64,000 nt of DNA, taken from NCBI GenBank assembly GCA_039190425.1, contig JBCCYE010000013.1, positions 10,533 to 74,532 on the forward strand. Direction: 5' to 3'. This document shows, one piece after another, positions 61,740 through 64,000 of this stretch (its first letter is position 1; each line of letters starts with the position of its first letter). The position numbers and the translations under genes were made by a program. The notes under the pieces were generated by a model, which did no database searches, was not told where the DNA came from, and worked only from the letters and a program-made list of their open reading frames with translations. Origin of the DNA: Pseudomonadota bacterium. Lineage in GTDB: Bacteria; Pseudomonadota; Gammaproteobacteria; Pseudomonadales; Halieaceae.

Positions 61740-62567
61740 TCAGTCACGCTGATAGTAATTCTCGTAGACAAAGTTTGTCGCTTCAACAAAGCCGGGCACG
61801 CTGCCACAATCGAAGCGCCGCCCGTCGAACTTGTATGCCATGACACAGCCTTGCCGTGCCTGGGTCTGCAGGGCATCGGTAATCTGGACTTCGCCATTAG
61901 CGCCCGGCTCGGTTTCACGGATGATGTCAAAGATATCCGGAGTCAAAATGTAGCGGCCAATGATCGCAAGATTAGAAGGTGCATCCTCCGGCTTGGGCTT
62001 CTCCACCATCTCGTCCACCCGATAAACACCGTCCTTCAAGCTATCGCCCCGAATCACGCCGTAGCTTCCGACGTCTTCCTGGGGTACTTCCTGTATGGCA
62101 ACGATCGAGCAGCGAAATTGCTTGTACAGCTCAACCATTTGACTGAGTACTCCGGGACCGTCGTTCAGACACAGGTCGTCGGACAGCAACACCCCGAAGG
62201 CCTCATTCCCAATCAACGATTCGCCAGTCAGTACCGCGTGCCCGAGACCTTTCATTTCGCGTTGTCGCACCATAGTGAATACACCCTGGTCCAACACATT
62301 GCGAATGCTCTGCAGGTAGCTTTCTTTGCTCGTTCCGGAGATCTGATGCTCCAGTTCGTAGCTGATGTCAAAGTGGTCTGTGATGGCCCGCTTGCCCCGC
62401 CCCGTCACCAGCGCGCAGGTTGTCATACCGGCATCAATGGCCTCTTCCACCCCGTACTGTACCAACGGTTTATTGACCACCGGCAGCATTTCCTTCGGCA
62501 TACTCTTGGTCGCCGGAAGAAATCGGGTGCCGTAGCCGGCTACGGGAAACAGACATTTTTTTATCAC
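61740..62567 (-). CDS. galU: UTP-glucose-1-phosphate uridylyltransferase
   Basis: [29 protein letters not shown]. Confidence 0.96.
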   Translation of the reverse strand: MIKKCLFPVAGYGTRFLPATKSMPKEMLPVVNKPLVQYGVEEAIDAGMTTCALVTGRGKRAITDHFDISYELEHQISGTSKESYLQSIRNVLDQGVFTMVRQREMKGLGHAVLTGESLIGNEAFGVLLSDDLCLNDGPGVLSQMVELYKQFRCSIVAIQEVPQEDVGSYGVIRGDSLKDGVYRVDEMVEKPKPEDAPSNLAIIGRYILTPDIFDIIRETEPGANGEVQITDALQTQARQGCVMAYKFDGRRFDCGSVPGFVEATNFVYENYYQRD

Positions 62568-62611
62568 TGACAGGCTCTCCTTTGAAAGACAGGAATAGAC
62601 AAATTTACCGC

Positions 62612-64000
62612 TCAGGTCTGTTGTTCTTCACTGCGACCGTAGACGTCTTCAAAACGGACTATGTCGTCTTCGCCCAGATAAGTACCGGACTGAACTTCGA
62701 TCAGTTCCAGCGGAATCTGACCCGGGTTAGCGAGACGATGTTTATGCCCCAGAGGAATGTAGGTAGACTGATCTTCCGCCAACATAAACACTTTGTCTTC
62801 ACACGTAACCTCCGCGGTTCCTTGAACGACAATCCAGTGCTCTGCGCGGTGATGATGCATCTGCAATGACAGCGTCTGACCGGGGTTAACCACAATACGT
62901 TTCACCTGAAAACGGTCGGCCGTCACCAATGATTCGTAAGACCCCCAGGGACGATAAACCTTGCGGTGCAAATTGGCCTCGGGGCGCTCTTGAGACTTCA
63001 GTTCATTCACCAGTCGCTTGACGTCCTGCACCTGCTCGCGGTGCGCTACCAACACCGCATCGGCCGTCTCTACAACCACCATGTTCGATACGCCGGTCGC
63101 AGCGACCAATCGACCGTCACTGCGGAAATAGCTGTCGCTGCAGTTGTCCAACAGCACATCGCCCATGCTGACATTGCCGCCACTGTCGCGGATACCGACT
63201 TCCCACAGTGCCGACCAGGCGCCGACATCACTCCAGCCACAGTCCAGAGCCACGACGCCGCCGCGATCTGTTTTTTCCATCACTGCATAATCAATACTGT
63301 CACTGGGACACTGATCGAAAGCTTGCGCATCCGGCCGTACAAAATCCATATCAATGCTGATATCAGCCATCGCACGCTGACAGTGATCCAGAATCTCTGG
63401 CGCCAGTTTGCCCAGTTCCTCCAGGTAAGCGTCGGCGCGCAGCAAAAACATCCCGCTGTTCCATAGGAAGCCCCCATCCTCCAGGTACGCCTGAGCTGTC
63501 CCGGCATCGGGTTTCTCCACAAAACGAGCAAGTTCGAAGAGGCCCTCCGCGTCCAAACTCTCGCCACATTGGATGTAGCCGTAACCAGTCTCAGGTGCGG
63601 TTGGCACAACACCAAACGTCATCAGACGCCCCGCTTCTGCCTGCGGTTTCGCCTTGGCGACCGCTGCAACAAAGGCGTCCACGTCCGTTATCAGATGATC
63701 GGCGGGCAGTACCAACATCAGCGCCTGGTCCGACAGTGCAGCTACCTGCAGCGCTGCCAGGGCGACTGCTGGCGCGGTATTGCGCCCCTGAGGCTCCAGA
63801 ATCAGCGCACTGGCTTGCTGATCCAACTGCCGCAGCTGCTCAGCCACCATGAAGCGGTGGTCCTCGTTACACACCACCACTGGCGCTGAAGACTCAAGAC
63901 CCGCCGTGCGTTGCAGGGTTTCCTGCAACATCGACAATTCACCCGCCAGAGGCAAAAACTGCTTGGGGTGGCCCTCTCTGGAGACAGGCCAAAGCCTGCT
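62612..64000 (-). CDS. manC: Mannose-1-phosphate guanylyltransferase/mannose-6-phosphate isomerase, 5' partial
   Basis: Frame is open to the window edge (SRLWPVSREGHPKQFL); RNTAPA, FVEKP, WSDVG, RPWG, HHHRAEHW cupin. Confidence 0.95.
   Translation of the reverse strand, partial: SRLWPVSREGHPKQFLPLAGELSMLQETLQRTAGLESSAPVVVCNEDHRFMVAEQLRQLDQQASALILEPQGRNTAPAVALAALQVAALSDQALMLVLPADHLITDVDAFVAAVAKAKPQAEAGRLMTFGVVPTAPETGYGYIQCGESLDAEGLFELARFVEKPDAGTAQAYLEDGGFLWNSGMFLLRADAYLEELGKLAPEILDHCQRAMADISIDMDFVRPDAQAFDQCPSDSIDYAVMEKTDRGGVVALDCGWSDVGAWSALWEVGIRDSGGNVSMGDVLLDNCSDSYFRSDGRLVAATGVSNMVVVETADAVLVAHREQVQDVKRLVNELKSQERPEANLHRKVYRPWGSYESLVTADRFQVKRIVVNPGQTLSLQMHHHRAEHWIVVQGTAEVTCEDKVFMLAEDQSTYIPLGHKHRLANPGQIPLELIEVQSGTYLGEDDIVRFEDVYGRSEEQQT

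Overview
GC-rich, gene-dense bacterial chromosome segment. The gene content suggests a marine gammaproteobacterium of the Halieaceae/OM60 type (inference): DUF3604, DUF3014, a TonB receptor, several acyl-CoA dehydrogenases and lipoprotein esterases. The left ~54 kb is accessory metabolism and transport. The right end is core genes (proB-obgE-rpmA-rplU, ispB, pgi, manB-galU-manC). I saw no rRNA, tRNA, CRISPR array, transposase or phage gene. Most notable: (1) a stand-alone, degenerate alanyl-tRNA-synthetase-like catalytic domain with a twin-arginine export signal (8121-8993); (2) a ~325-nt leader upstream of an MFS gene with a promoter, two hairpins with complementary loops, an unannotated 34-aa Val/Leu-rich ORF, an intrinsic terminator and a competing helix (37292-37650); (3) a 2-oxoglutarate-decarboxylase-like/ALDH pair near an orphan glutamate decarboxylase; (4) a TRAP binding protein with the conserved Arg replaced by Phe; (5) a secreted SNase homologue lacking its catalytic residues; (6) a 14-bp inverted repeat bracketing a TylF methyltransferase gene. 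All family calls come from motif recognition by eye; no database search was run.
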